From: Candidatus Micrarchaeota archaeon
GTDB taxonomy: Archaea > Iainarchaeota > Iainarchaeia > Iainarchaeales > JAGVWC01
Direction: 5' to 3'
Length of the DNA stretch: 64,000 nt
NCBI GenBank assembly: GCA_043803815.1
Contig: JAZDJR010000031.1
Coordinates: forward strand, 613 to 64,612
How positions within the stretch are numbered: the stretch's first letter is position 1; the number at the start of each line of letters is the position of its first letter. The position numbers and the translations under genes were made by a program. Shown piece by piece: positions 28,125 to 37,116 of the stretch. The notes under the pieces are model-generated. The model was not told the origin of the DNA. It saw only the letters and a program-made list of their open reading frames with translations, and did no database searches.

Positions 28125-28957
28125 AAATTTTCAAAGTATTTTTTCATTAGTAAAGCGTCATTTTCGATAATGGGTGATTCGCTTACTACCGTTCCGTGAA
28201 CATTGTATTCTTTCAGGCATTCCAGCACGAATTTCCATGGAAAATCGTTTTTTTTGTCCTGCAAGGGAACGTGGTTTTTTTCGCCTTTGGCGGAATATTC
28301 GATTCCGCTCATGTGCATGTTCATGTCCTTGAAAATAGTTGCATCGCTTTTTTCGATTTCGTCAAGCACCGCAAAAACGTCTTTTTTGGCTTTGAATCTT
28401 CCGTTGTTCCGCGCGTGCACGTGCGCAAAATCGAAGTACGGTTCGGTTTCGGGCAAATCATTGTGCAATTGCAATAATTCGGTAATCGAGCCCCATTGTA
28501 CGGGTTTTCCCGTGGTTTCGGGTTTTAGCCTGCTTTGCACCTTATGTGTTTTCATTTGCTCCAAAACGATTTCCAAATTTTGCCGCACAGTTTTGGCGAC
28601 TTGGCTTTCAGGAGCTCCCTGCATGTACGCTGGATGAAAAGTGATTGCTTTGGCGCCGCACCAGCCCCCGACATTGGCGGCGTCGAATATGCGCCTGATG
28701 GAAGCAATTTGTTTTTCTTTTTCGAGCGAATTCAGATTAATGTAATAGGAACCGTGGCAGCTAAGCGTGATTTCGTTTTCAGCCGCGGTTTTTTTGATTT
28801 GCTCGGCGGTTTCTTTTTTCATGGATACGCCGTGCACGAATTCGAGTTCCATATGGCTTAGCCCGAGCTCTGTTACGCGCAAAATTCCGGTTTCCGCGGA
28901 CGGTTTTAGGGTGGAAAGCGGAATACCGGCAGTGCCAAACCGAACTTTTTGCGTCAT
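28121..28957 (-). CDS. nfo: Endonuclease IV (AP endonuclease family 2, TIM barrel)
   Basis: 278 aa. VRFGTAGIP N-terminus. Conserved His/Glu/Asp metal ligands (SCHGSYYINL, ITFHP, HVHARNN). Confidence 0.75.
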   Translation of the reverse strand: MTQKVRFGTAGIPLSTLKPSAETGILRVTELGLSHMELEFVHGVSMKKETAEQIKKTAAENEITLSCHGSYYINLNSLEKEKQIASIRRIFDAANVGGWCGAKAITFHPAYMQGAPESQVAKTVRQNLEIVLEQMKTHKVQSRLKPETTGKPVQWGSITELLQLHNDLPETEPYFDFAHVHARNNGRFKAKKDVFAVLDEIEKSDATIFKDMNMHMSGIEYSAKGEKNHVPLQDKKNDFPWKFVLECLKEYNVHGTVVSESPIIENDALLMKKYFENL

Positions 28958-29010
28958 GCCATGGTTGGTTATCCAAAGGTTTTTTTAGTCCAACGCAATT
29001 GCAATAGGAT

Positions 29011-29400
29011 ATGGCGGCAAAAGCTAGGGGAATTCGCGTGCGAAAAACCCGTAGCGGCCAGCTCGAGTGGACCATGGCCAAACCGGAAAAAAAGCCGGGC
29101 TGGCAATTGACCAAAACCGGAAAAATAATTGAAAATGCCAAAAAAGCCGCGTCTGCCATTGTAGGCCGCGCCATGAAAGACAAGGCGTGGGCAAAAGCCA
29201 ACAAAGGCGTTTTTTTGTTTTGCCTGTATTTTGTGCGAAACCGCGATGGCAAGCTGCCTAGCCAAAACATCCAGACTCCCCAAAATGCAAGGGAAATTTT
29301 GCGTTTGCGAAACGAGATTCGAAAAAAGGAAACCAAGGCCCAAAAAGAGGTAAATGGCCAGCAATCGTTCGATTTTGGCTCCGCAGAGATTCCGTTTTAA
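29011..29400 (+). CDS. Candidate small basic protein upstream of orc1/cdc6
   Basis: 129 aa, Lys/Arg-rich. Supported by ORF only; competing antisense ORFs look non-protein-like. Confidence 0.3.
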   Translation: MAAKARGIRVRKTRSGQLEWTMAKPEKKPGWQLTKTGKIIENAKKAASAIVGRAMKDKAWAKANKGVFLFCLYFVRNRDGKLPSQNIQTPQNAREILRLRNEIRKKETKAQKEVNGQQSFDFGSAEIPF

Positions 29401-29427
29401 TACTTGTTTTGGGCTATGGTATGATAT

Positions 29428-30546
29428 ATGCCGCCCAATGTTTTTGCCAAGACCGGCCGCGAGCACGAAATTTTTCGCGACGAAACCGCGCTGTATCCCG
29501 ATTTTTTGCCCGAACAGCTTTTGGAGCGCGATTCGGAAATCAACGAGCTTGTTTTTGCGCTAAAGCCCGCGTCGGAGGGAAAAAAGCCGTCGAACGTGTT
29601 TGTGCACGGTTCTCCGGGAACGGGAAAAACCGCGAGCGTGCGCTGGGTTTTGCAGCAATTGTCGGAATTCAGCGGAAAAACCAAATCCATTTTGGTGAAT
29701 TGCTTTGAAGCCAATTCGCGCCATTCGGTCCTTTCTTTTTTGGCGGAAAAATCCGGCGCGATTATGCCCAAGCGCGGAGTAGGGTCCGACGAGATTTATG
29801 CGGAATTATTGTCCGTTTGGAAGCGGACCAATGTGACGCCGATAATTGTTTTGGATGAAGCCGACCATTTGCTGTCCAAAGAAGACGGAAGCATGCTGCT
29901 GTACGATTTGGTGCGGCCGTTTGAACGCGAAAAAATATTGACCGGCGTTATTATCGTTTCCAATGATTCCGAATTGCTGGTCAAGCTGGATTCGCGCGTC
30001 AAAAGCAGCCTGGCCCCGAAGTTTGTGGAATACTCCAAGTACAGCCCCGAACAGCTCAAAAAAATCTTGGCCAGCCGCGCCAAACTTGCGTTTTTTCCGG
30101 AGTCGCTTGACAACGAAGTAATTTCGATTGCGTCCGGCCACGCCGCGAAAATGAACGGCGACTGCCGCTTGGGAATCGAAGCCTTGCTTGCGGCCGGAAG
30201 GTTGGCTGAAAAACAAAACAGTTCCAAAGTTGCGGCGGAACACCTGAAAAAAGTGTTTGCGGACGTGGACAAGGTTTCTTTGGAGCGGCGGCTGCAATAC
30301 CTTAACCCGGTTGAAATCGAAGTGCTTAAATGCATCGCAAGGCACCCGAATGTTTTTTCCGGGGATTTGGGCTTGTTTGTCGAATCCGAGTCCAAACAGC
30401 CGGTCGGCGAACGCATGTTCCGTAACATTATCGCAAAACTCGACCAGATGGGGTTAATTTTGGCTGAAGAAGTGACCGGCCAAATCAAGGGAAAATCGCG
30501 GCGCATCGGACTGCGCGTAAATGCGGAAAAAGTCAAAGCGCTGTAG
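29428..30546 (+). CDS. cdc6: Orc1/Cdc6 replication initiator
   Basis: 372 aa. AAA+ Walker A VHGSPGTGKT, Walker B IIVLDEADHL. C-terminal winged helix. Confidence 0.9.
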   Translation: MPPNVFAKTGREHEIFRDETALYPDFLPEQLLERDSEINELVFALKPASEGKKPSNVFVHGSPGTGKTASVRWVLQQLSEFSGKTKSILVNCFEANSRHSVLSFLAEKSGAIMPKRGVGSDEIYAELLSVWKRTNVTPIIVLDEADHLLSKEDGSMLLYDLVRPFEREKILTGVIIVSNDSELLVKLDSRVKSSLAPKFVEYSKYSPEQLKKILASRAKLAFFPESLDNEVISIASGHAAKMNGDCRLGIEALLAAGRLAEKQNSSKVAAEHLKKVFADVDKVSLERRLQYLNPVEIEVLKCIARHPNVFSGDLGLFVESESKQPVGERMFRNIIAKLDQMGLILAEEVTGQIKGKSRRIGLRVNAEKVKAL

Positions 30547-30615
30547 GTTTCGCTTTTGCCAAACCTTTAAAAACCTGTTTTTCGTGTGTTGTGTAGTACA
30601 AAGGAATTGTAAATA

Positions 30616-31845
30616 ATGCCCGCCCAAAAAAAGCAAGCCGTTTCCAAGGCCGTTAAAAAACAGGTCAAGGCGATTGCCAAAAAAACCGCGAGGCAAACTG
30701 CGGCTCCAAAAGCGGTCCGAAAGCAGGTTTCGGCAATTGCCAAAAAACTGGCAAAAAACACCAAAACCAATCAGCGCGACCGCCAGGCGATTAACGCGGA
30801 AATGGAACGATTGAAAAAAGAAATGGCCAATTTAAAGGGCAAAAAATCCAAGAAGCAATTAAGCGAATACAACCTGTTTATCCGAAGGCAAATTCTGGAC
30901 GGCAAAACCTTTAACCAGGCCATCGCCTTGTGGAACAAACTGCGCCGATGGGAAGAGGGAAAGATTCCGACGAAAACCAGAATCAGAACGGTTATAAAAC
31001 GCGTGTCATCCAAGCCCAGAGTAATTGTTAAAACCAAAACAAGAACTAGGCGCGTATTGGTTCCCGGAAAATCCAAAATCGTGGTCCGAAGAATCAAATC
31101 AAAGCCGACGGTCGTGACCAAGTACCGCACGCGCACCAAAAAGGTTTTTGTTCCCGGAAAAATCAGGACCAGATTCAAGACGCGAACCGTTTTTAAAACT
31201 AAACGGGTAAAATCAAAGCCGCAGATTCAGTACAAAACCAGGTTTGTCGACCGGCCGGTTGAAAAAATCGTGGAAAAAATCATCCGTGTTCCCGCTTTGA
31301 CCGCGCCGTTGGAAGAAATGGACGATAGCCGGATGGAAACGGTTTCAACCGTGAACAAGGCGTTGTCGGCTACGTTAAGCCAGCAATTGGGCCGCGATTT
31401 GGCTTTGGAAGAGCTCGCGTATCGGATGGTCAAGGTTTATTTTGAAGAGCTGGCGCGCACGGGTTTTAAGCGCCAAATGTCCTTGGATGATTTGATTGAC
31501 GCGTTTGTTTATTCCTGGTATCGCGTTGAAAAACAGCTGGGAAAAAAACAGCAGATTGTGCATCACGAGGAAAACGCGTACCGAATCATGCATTTGTATT
31601 ATATCGAACTGGCTCGCCTCGGCCAAAAGCGCACGTTGAGTTTGGATGAAATGCTGGACTCGTACTTTTACACCTTGACTCGCCTTGGAAAAGACAATAC
31701 GCAATTGATTTCACAGATGGAAGCCGTGCGCCTGCAGCAGCAATTCGCCAGCCAAACCACGACCATGGTCACGGAAAAGAAAACCGAACTTAACCCCGTC
31801 GAGACAACGACTACCACAACAACGGTTATGAATAATCCGCAGTAA
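30616..31845 (+). CDS. Highly basic protein with three internal tandem-repeat systems (candidate nucleic-acid-binding or nucleoid protein)
   Basis: 409 aa. N-terminal AKK-type repeats (KAVKKQVKAIAKKTARQTAAP / KAVRKQVSAIAKKLAKNTKTN). Central about-20-aa repeats (SKPxVxxKxRTRTKKVFVPGK). Two about-45-aa C-terminal repeats (ELAYRMVKVYFEELARTGFKRQMSLDDLIDAFVYSWYRV / ENAYRIMHLYYIELARLGQKRTLSLDEMLDSYFYTLTRL). Poly-Thr tail. Confidence 0.6.
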   Translation: MPAQKKQAVSKAVKKQVKAIAKKTARQTAAPKAVRKQVSAIAKKLAKNTKTNQRDRQAINAEMERLKKEMANLKGKKSKKQLSEYNLFIRRQILDGKTFNQAIALWNKLRRWEEGKIPTKTRIRTVIKRVSSKPRVIVKTKTRTRRVLVPGKSKIVVRRIKSKPTVVTKYRTRTKKVFVPGKIRTRFKTRTVFKTKRVKSKPQIQYKTRFVDRPVEKIVEKIIRVPALTAPLEEMDDSRMETVSTVNKALSATLSQQLGRDLALEELAYRMVKVYFEELARTGFKRQMSLDDLIDAFVYSWYRVEKQLGKKQQIVHHEENAYRIMHLYYIELARLGQKRTLSLDEMLDSYFYTLTRLGKDNTQLISQMEAVRLQQQFASQTTTMVTEKKTELNPVETTTTTTTVMNNPQ

Positions 31846-31863
31846 AATTCGATTTAACTTTTT

Positions 31864-33060
31864 TTACGGGGCTTTGAATATGATTTCTATCGCGTCGCGG
31901 TGGGCCAACTCGTGGTCTTTTCCGACCATTTGCTTGGTTTTGACGTTGATGGCGCGAATGAACCCTTTTCCCATGTCGGTGTGAAGCTTGAACGCAAAGT
32001 CCAAGGCGGTTGATGCCGGCGGAATCAAAAAACAATCGGCTAATTTTCTTCCGGAACTGTCTTCCAATTTATGAACGCCCGCAGGGAATACCGCGATGTA
32101 TTGCAGAATGTCAAACACCGTTTTGTCGAGCACGTCCTGGATTCCTGTTGAGCCGAACTGGTCCAGTACTGTTTTTTGAATCGCGTCCAAGACTTGTTTT
32201 TGTTTTTCGTTCAGTTCTCCTTTGACCGAAAATGTTTTGGCTCCGGGCTCGTATTCGATGATGCCTTGCTTGGCGGCTTTTTTTAATGCCAGTTCCGCAA
32301 AGCCGCTGCAGGGAATAATCGGCACTTTGGGAAAGCGGTTTTTCATGTTTTCAAGGTTTTTGGCGGCGCTGGGAACGTCGATTTTGTTTGCGGCAACCAC
32401 TATCGGCTTGGTGGCTTCGCGTAACGCGGTGGCGAATTTTTTTTTGTCTTCTTCGTTCCAATGTATCGGTTTTTTTTCGAATAATTCGGTTTTGCGCAGC
32501 ACTTTTTCGATTATCGGTTCGGTTCCGCCGATGCCGCTCATGGTCTGGGCAATGGCCGCAATGGCTTTGCTTTCGTCGGCGTAATGCGCGTTGGCGATTT
32601 TGCGCCAGTTTTTTTCCAGTATTCCCAAAAACCAGTAGTCGATTTCGTCTTCCAAAAACAGAACCGTTTCGCAGGGGTCATGGTGGCCTGCGGGAACGGA
32701 GTTTCCGTTGGCGTCGGTTGAACCGGATGCGTCCACTACGTGGATGAGCACGTCCGCGGTTGAAAGGTCGGATAGGAATTGGTTGCCGCGTCCTTTTCCT
32801 TCATGGGCTCCGGGAACGAGTCCCGCCACATCGATTAGTTCGACGGGCACCCAGCGGGTTCCGTTTTTGCAGTATCCCGTGCGGGGATTGCATTGGACTT
32901 TGAATTCCTTGTCAATGCATTCGACGCGGACAAATGAAATTCCTTTGTTGGGTTCGATGGTCGTGAATGGATAATTGGCAATGGCCACGTCAACTAGGGT
33001 GGCCGCGGAAAAAAACGTGCTTTTGCCTGATGAGGGGGCGCCAACGATTCCGATTTGCAT
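31864..33060 (-). CDS. Obg/DRG-family GTPase with C-terminal TGS-like domain
   Basis: G1 GIVGAPSSGKST. G3 DVAGLV. G4 NKID. C-terminal TGS-like FIRAINVKTKQMVGKDHEL. Confidence 0.7.
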   Translation of the reverse strand: MQIGIVGAPSSGKSTFFSAATLVDVAIANYPFTTIEPNKGISFVRVECIDKEFKVQCNPRTGYCKNGTRWVPVELIDVAGLVPGAHEGKGRGNQFLSDLSTADVLIHVVDASGSTDANGNSVPAGHHDPCETVLFLEDEIDYWFLGILEKNWRKIANAHYADESKAIAAIAQTMSGIGGTEPIIEKVLRKTELFEKKPIHWNEEDKKKFATALREATKPIVVAANKIDVPSAAKNLENMKNRFPKVPIIPCSGFAELALKKAAKQGIIEYEPGAKTFSVKGELNEKQKQVLDAIQKTVLDQFGSTGIQDVLDKTVFDILQYIAVFPAGVHKLEDSSGRKLADCFLIPPASTALDFAFKLHTDMGKGFIRAINVKTKQMVGKDHELAHRDAIEIIFKAP

Positions 33061-33119
33061 GGTATCTTATTGGTTTTTGGCGGCAAGGTTTTTTAACGGG
33101 TTTGGGGGCTGGTTTTGAA

Positions 33120-33791
33120 ATGAATTCGGATTATATGGCCAATTATTTGAATGCGATTGGTAATCCATTGCCCGAACTGGCAAAGACGTTTGAGGAAGAG
33201 CTGGAGTTCTTGAAAAAACAGGTGACTTCGCGTTCGTCCTTGTTGGATGTGGGCTGCGGTGCGGCTAGGCCTGCGGTGGATGCCGCGGCGTTTGTGAAAA
33301 ATCTGGTGGGAATCGACAATGACCCGCGTGTTTTGGAAGTGGCGGTAAAACGCTGCGAGAATTTGCCGAATGCGCGGTTTATCCGCGAAGACGCGTTGAA
33401 TATGGGTTTTACTTCCAAGACGTTTGACGTGTCGTTTTGCACGTATAACCTGATTGGAACCTTAAAAAAGTCCGAGCGCCAGCGCCTGGTAAACGAAATG
33501 GCAAGGGTGACCCGGCCGCTTGGAAAAGTGATTAATATTACGTGGAAGCAGGATAAAAAAACCACGGAGTTTTTGAAAAAGTATTATCCGTCGATTGGAA
33601 TCAAGATTTTTGAAATCGACGAATCCAAAACTGTCACTTCCAAGGGGACGTTTGAGCGTTTGTCCAAAAAAGAATTGCAGGAGTATTATTCCGAGACCAA
33701 TCTGGCGGATTTGGCTTTTTTGGATATCGGCCCGCTTTGGTATGCCGTGGTCGGTTCAAAGCCAAAGGGACAGTTTGACGATTTGGTATAA
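33120..33791 (+). CDS. Class I SAM-dependent methyltransferase
   Basis: Motif I LLDVGCGAARPA. Acidic motif II GIDNDPRVLE. Start taken at the internal Met at 33120. Confidence 0.7.
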   Translation: MNSDYMANYLNAIGNPLPELAKTFEEELEFLKKQVTSRSSLLDVGCGAARPAVDAAAFVKNLVGIDNDPRVLEVAVKRCENLPNARFIREDALNMGFTSKTFDVSFCTYNLIGTLKKSERQRLVNEMARVTRPLGKVINITWKQDKKTTEFLKKYYPSIGIKIFEIDESKTVTSKGTFERLSKKELQEYYSETNLADLAFLDIGPLWYAVVGSKPKGQFDDLV

Positions 33792-33820
33792 TAAAAAGTA
33801 TTTGGTATAAGGGAAAAGGT

Positions 33821-35230
33821 ATGACGGGATTGTGGACGGAAAAATTTATTCCAAAAGAATGGGGAGAGTTTATCGGAAACTCGGAACTTTTAAAGGAAAT
33901 CCAATTGTGGTCTTTGGACTGGAACAAGAAAAAATCCGGTCCGCCGCTTTTGCTGTTCGGTTCGGTCGGAAGCGGAAAAACCGCGTTGGCCTTGCTTACC
34001 GCCAAACTCAACGATTGGGATTTGTTCGAATTAAACGCGTCGGATTTTCGCGACAAAGACACGGTTGAAAAAGTAGTCGGCGCGGCCAGCCAAAACGCGT
34101 CTTTTTCCGGAAAACTGCGCCTGATTTTGCTGGATGAGGTGGATTCGGTTTCGGGGCGCGAAGACCGCGGAGGATTATCCGCGATTTTGCAGGTGTTAAA
34201 GGAAGCCAAAAATCCGGTGATTCTGACTGCCAACGACATTTATGCGAATAAGCAGCTCGCGGTGCTGCGCAATTACTGCAAAAAAATGGAGTTTAAAAAA
34301 ATCAATTATTTGAGCATGGCCAAGCGCATTCGCCAGATTTGCGAAGGGCAAAAAATCGATTTTGACCACGAGGCGATTTTGGAACTGGCCAAGCAGTCCA
34401 ACGGGGATTTTCGCTCCGCCTTGTTGGATTTGCAGTCGGTGTGCGAGCATACGTCCAAAATCACCCTGTCGGATGTCCAGTCCTTGGGCTACCGCGAGCG
34501 CCAAGACAAGATTTTTTCGATTCTTCCGAAGATTTTTCACGCCAAAACAGTCGCGGATGCGCGCAACGCGCGCCAAAAATCCGACCTTGACGACGATTTG
34601 TTGTTTCGCTGGATAGAGGAAAACCTGCCGTCCGAATTCAAGGACAGGTCCGAACTGGCTTTGGCGTTTAACCGCTTAAGCCGCGCGGATATTTTTTTGG
34701 GGCGCGTGCATTACCGCCAGTATTTCGGTTTTTGGCGGTATAGTTCGGAACTGATGACTTCGGGCGTTGGATTGTCGCACGGTGCGGATTTCCACCCCGA
34801 TTTTATTATGTATAAGTTTCCGGGTTTGTTGTCGCGACTGGCCGCATCTTCCGCGGAGCGCAACCTCAAAATGGGCATTGCCGAAAAAGCCCAGGAAAAA
34901 ATGCACGCAAGCAAGCGCGAGATTGTTTCCCAGGACATTCCGTTTTGGCTGAATCTGTTTGATGACCATCAAAAAGCGGTTGAATTGTCCGCCTTGTTTA
35001 ATCTGGACGAAAACGAAATCGCGTTTTTGATGCAGTCCGCCAAGACAACCAAAAAAGTCCAAAAAGTCGCGGAAGAAGCGGTGGGACTTAGGGCGCAGCT
35101 CCTGCAAAAAAAACAGCGTTTTTTTTCCGAAACTGAAAACGCGGAGTCCGACTCTGATGCCGAGCCCGATGACACCCAAAAACAATTGCGGGAAAGCGCG
35201 AATGCGCAAAAGCAAACCAGATTATTTTGA
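33821..35230 (+). CDS. rfcL: Replication factor C large subunit
   Basis: 469 aa. LLLFGSVGSGKTALA Walker A. LILLDEVDS Walker B. Acidic and basic C-terminal tail. Confidence 0.85.
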   Translation: MTGLWTEKFIPKEWGEFIGNSELLKEIQLWSLDWNKKKSGPPLLLFGSVGSGKTALALLTAKLNDWDLFELNASDFRDKDTVEKVVGAASQNASFSGKLRLILLDEVDSVSGREDRGGLSAILQVLKEAKNPVILTANDIYANKQLAVLRNYCKKMEFKKINYLSMAKRIRQICEGQKIDFDHEAILELAKQSNGDFRSALLDLQSVCEHTSKITLSDVQSLGYRERQDKIFSILPKIFHAKTVADARNARQKSDLDDDLLFRWIEENLPSEFKDRSELALAFNRLSRADIFLGRVHYRQYFGFWRYSSELMTSGVGLSHGADFHPDFIMYKFPGLLSRLAASSAERNLKMGIAEKAQEKMHASKREIVSQDIPFWLNLFDDHQKAVELSALFNLDENEIAFLMQSAKTTKKVQKVAEEAVGLRAQLLQKKQRFFSETENAESDSDAEPDDTQKQLRESANAQKQTRLF

Positions 35231-35473
35231 TTTGGATTTTGTTTTGGTTTTTTTGAACGGATTAATCGCCTTAATTCCGGGTATTTTTTCAAAGTCTTTG
35301 GTGTTTTCGGCTTCAAGTATGTAAAGACCGTCGGTCACTACTTTTCCAAGCGCGTTTTTTGAATTGCTATTGTACTTTTCGTTGGCCAAGCGGCGAAGTT
35401 TCGCTTCATCATCATCGGATAATTTAAAAGTCAAATCGCGCACGTTGTTCCCCATTTTACAAAAACCAATCAT
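35222..35473 (-). CDS. Small hypothetical protein
   Basis: 83 aa, charged (MGNNVRDLTFKLSDDDEAKLRRLANEKY...). Overlaps the rfcL end by 9 nt. Confidence 0.3.
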   Translation of the reverse strand: MIGFCKMGNNVRDLTFKLSDDDEAKLRRLANEKYNSNSKNALGKVVTDGLYILEAENTKDFEKIPGIKAINPFKKTKTKSKSK

Positions 35474-35475
35474 TT

Positions 35476-37116
35476 TTAAAGTTCGAGTTCGATGATTGCG
35501 GTCGGTTTTTCAAGCCCGAAATTGTTGAGTGTTTTGGAGTTGAGCATTCCGATGATTCCTTTTTTTTCGTTGGCGTTGATTGTTCCCGCCTGTCCTTTTT
35601 CAAACGCGGGGTGGTTGGTTTCGCCGATTTCAAATGTCAGGTTTAAGGACTGGCACAGGGCTTGCAAGTGGGATTTGGCCAGCGAGAAATTCGTGTTCGA
35701 GCCGCAAAGGCCGATGCAGACGTGCTGGGTTTCGGATACGCCTGTTTCGCTTTTGGGGTCCAATACCAGCGCTTTTCCGACCTCAAATACGTGCTGGGGG
35801 TAAAGCGCGGATTTGTTTTTGCCTAAAAATTCCAGTATTTCGGGAAACAGGCTTTTTCGGAAAATCGCGTAATTTTGCGAAACGGGATTGGATAATTCCA
35901 CGAATTCTTCCTTGGAATTGCCGATTTTTGTTTCCTGTTTTTCGCGGGAAGTCAAAGTGTAGGTTAAAATTTCCTGCAGCCCAATGCCGATGCAGGCGTC
36001 GCGCACGCGGTCGACTAATAGCGATTCAAAGTTTTCATTGCCGACGGCCGCGAGGCGGATTTCTTCGGTCAAAAACCGGTTGTAATCCGCGCTAATCAGC
36101 AGGTCTTCGATTATATCAACGGCGTGCAAAATGTCCTGGCGCAGGTTCGCGTATTCGCATTCGATTTTTCCGGATTTTATTTTCGCGCCAAACCCGCTTT
36201 TTTGGAACAGTGTTTTCCATTCGCCGTCTTTTTTGGTTTCGCCGAAATATTTTTCCAACGTGCTTTTTTGAAAATTTATTTTGCGTTTGGCAAAATGCGG
36301 GGTAGTTGTTTTTTCTTTTCCGTAATTGATTTCAACGCTTCCAATTAAGGCGCCGCGGTCGGCCAAAGCCGCGCAGACGATGTTTAATGCGGTGTTGATT
36401 TTGGCTTGGTCGAATCCCGTAACATCCAAAAACATGTTTTTGGTTTTTTCGGTTACCTGTCCGCTTCCCTGCGAATTGATGATGGGCGGAAACGACAAAA
36501 CTTCGTTATTGGAGTCGACCAATAAAGGGTATTTGGCTTGGCCTTTCAATAGTTCCGCGTATTCTTTTCCTTTCGGGTGCTCGGTTAAAATTTCGCTTAG
36601 GCTCATTTTGGTTTTGTATTCCAAGGGAATAAATTCGGTTTTGGGGTCTGCCGCGTAATAGCGCACGTTTCCATGGACTTGGTCAAGGTCGAATATTCCA
36701 ATCGCGGCTTCTTTTCGCTTGCGGCCGTACGTCAGGCAGATTTTTTCCTGCAATTGGATTAATTGCCGCAAAAAATCGTCGGTGATTTTTACGTTCCACG
36801 CGACGGCGTATGCCGCGGCGGGCCGGATTTTTTGAAGCTGGGAATCGACGCTTGCGGTGATTCCGCTTTTTTTGGTTTTGTATTCGATAATCGTTTTTTG
36901 CTTTCCTAATCGGTAGCGCAGTTCGCGGGCAACGCCTTCGGTGGATAATAAGTCGGGGCGATTGGTGTCCGCTTGGCTTGCTTTGATTTTGTCGCCTTCC
37001 AATGATTCCAGTTCGGTTTTGGTCAGCCACAAGGCGTCTTCTAGTTCGTCTTTGGTGCCGAATTTTTGCCCGCAAAGGAATTCGAGGTCTTTTTTGTTCA
37101 TTTCAATGGAGGGCAT
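35476..37116 (-). CDS. pheT: Phenylalanyl-tRNA synthetase beta subunit (archaeal type)
   Basis: 546 aa. B3/B4 and B5 domains. Overlaps pheS by 14 nt. Confidence 0.85.
   Translation of the reverse strand: MPSIEMNKKDLEFLCGQKFGTKDELEDALWLTKTELESLEGDKIKASQADTNRPDLLSTEGVARELRYRLGKQKTIIEYKTKKSGITASVDSQLQKIRPAAAYAVAWNVKITDDFLRQLIQLQEKICLTYGRKRKEAAIGIFDLDQVHGNVRYYAADPKTEFIPLEYKTKMSLSEILTEHPKGKEYAELLKGQAKYPLLVDSNNEVLSFPPIINSQGSGQVTEKTKNMFLDVTGFDQAKINTALNIVCAALADRGALIGSVEINYGKEKTTTPHFAKRKINFQKSTLEKYFGETKKDGEWKTLFQKSGFGAKIKSGKIECEYANLRQDILHAVDIIEDLLISADYNRFLTEEIRLAAVGNENFESLLVDRVRDACIGIGLQEILTYTLTSREKQETKIGNSKEEFVELSNPVSQNYAIFRKSLFPEILEFLGKNKSALYPQHVFEVGKALVLDPKSETGVSETQHVCIGLCGSNTNFSLAKSHLQALCQSLNLTFEIGETNHPAFEKGQAGTINANEKKGIIGMLNSKTLNNFGLEKPTAIIELEL

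Noticed and set aside
28958-29427. Replication origin adjacent to orc1/cdc6
   Set aside because: There are no repeated ORB or mini-ORB elements and no AT-rich unwinding stretch. The region is about 50% GC and may be coding.
28969-29466. 165-aa and 185-aa minus-strand ORFs upstream of cdc6
   Set aside because: Phe/Gly/Leu-rich with no start context. The plus-strand basic ORF is the more plausible, and even that gets only low confidence.
30616-31845. Diversity-generating retroelement target (repeat-rich ORF)
   Set aside because: The repeats are divergent at DNA level and sit within one ORF. No reverse transcriptase and no near-identical template/variable repeat pair exist in the window.
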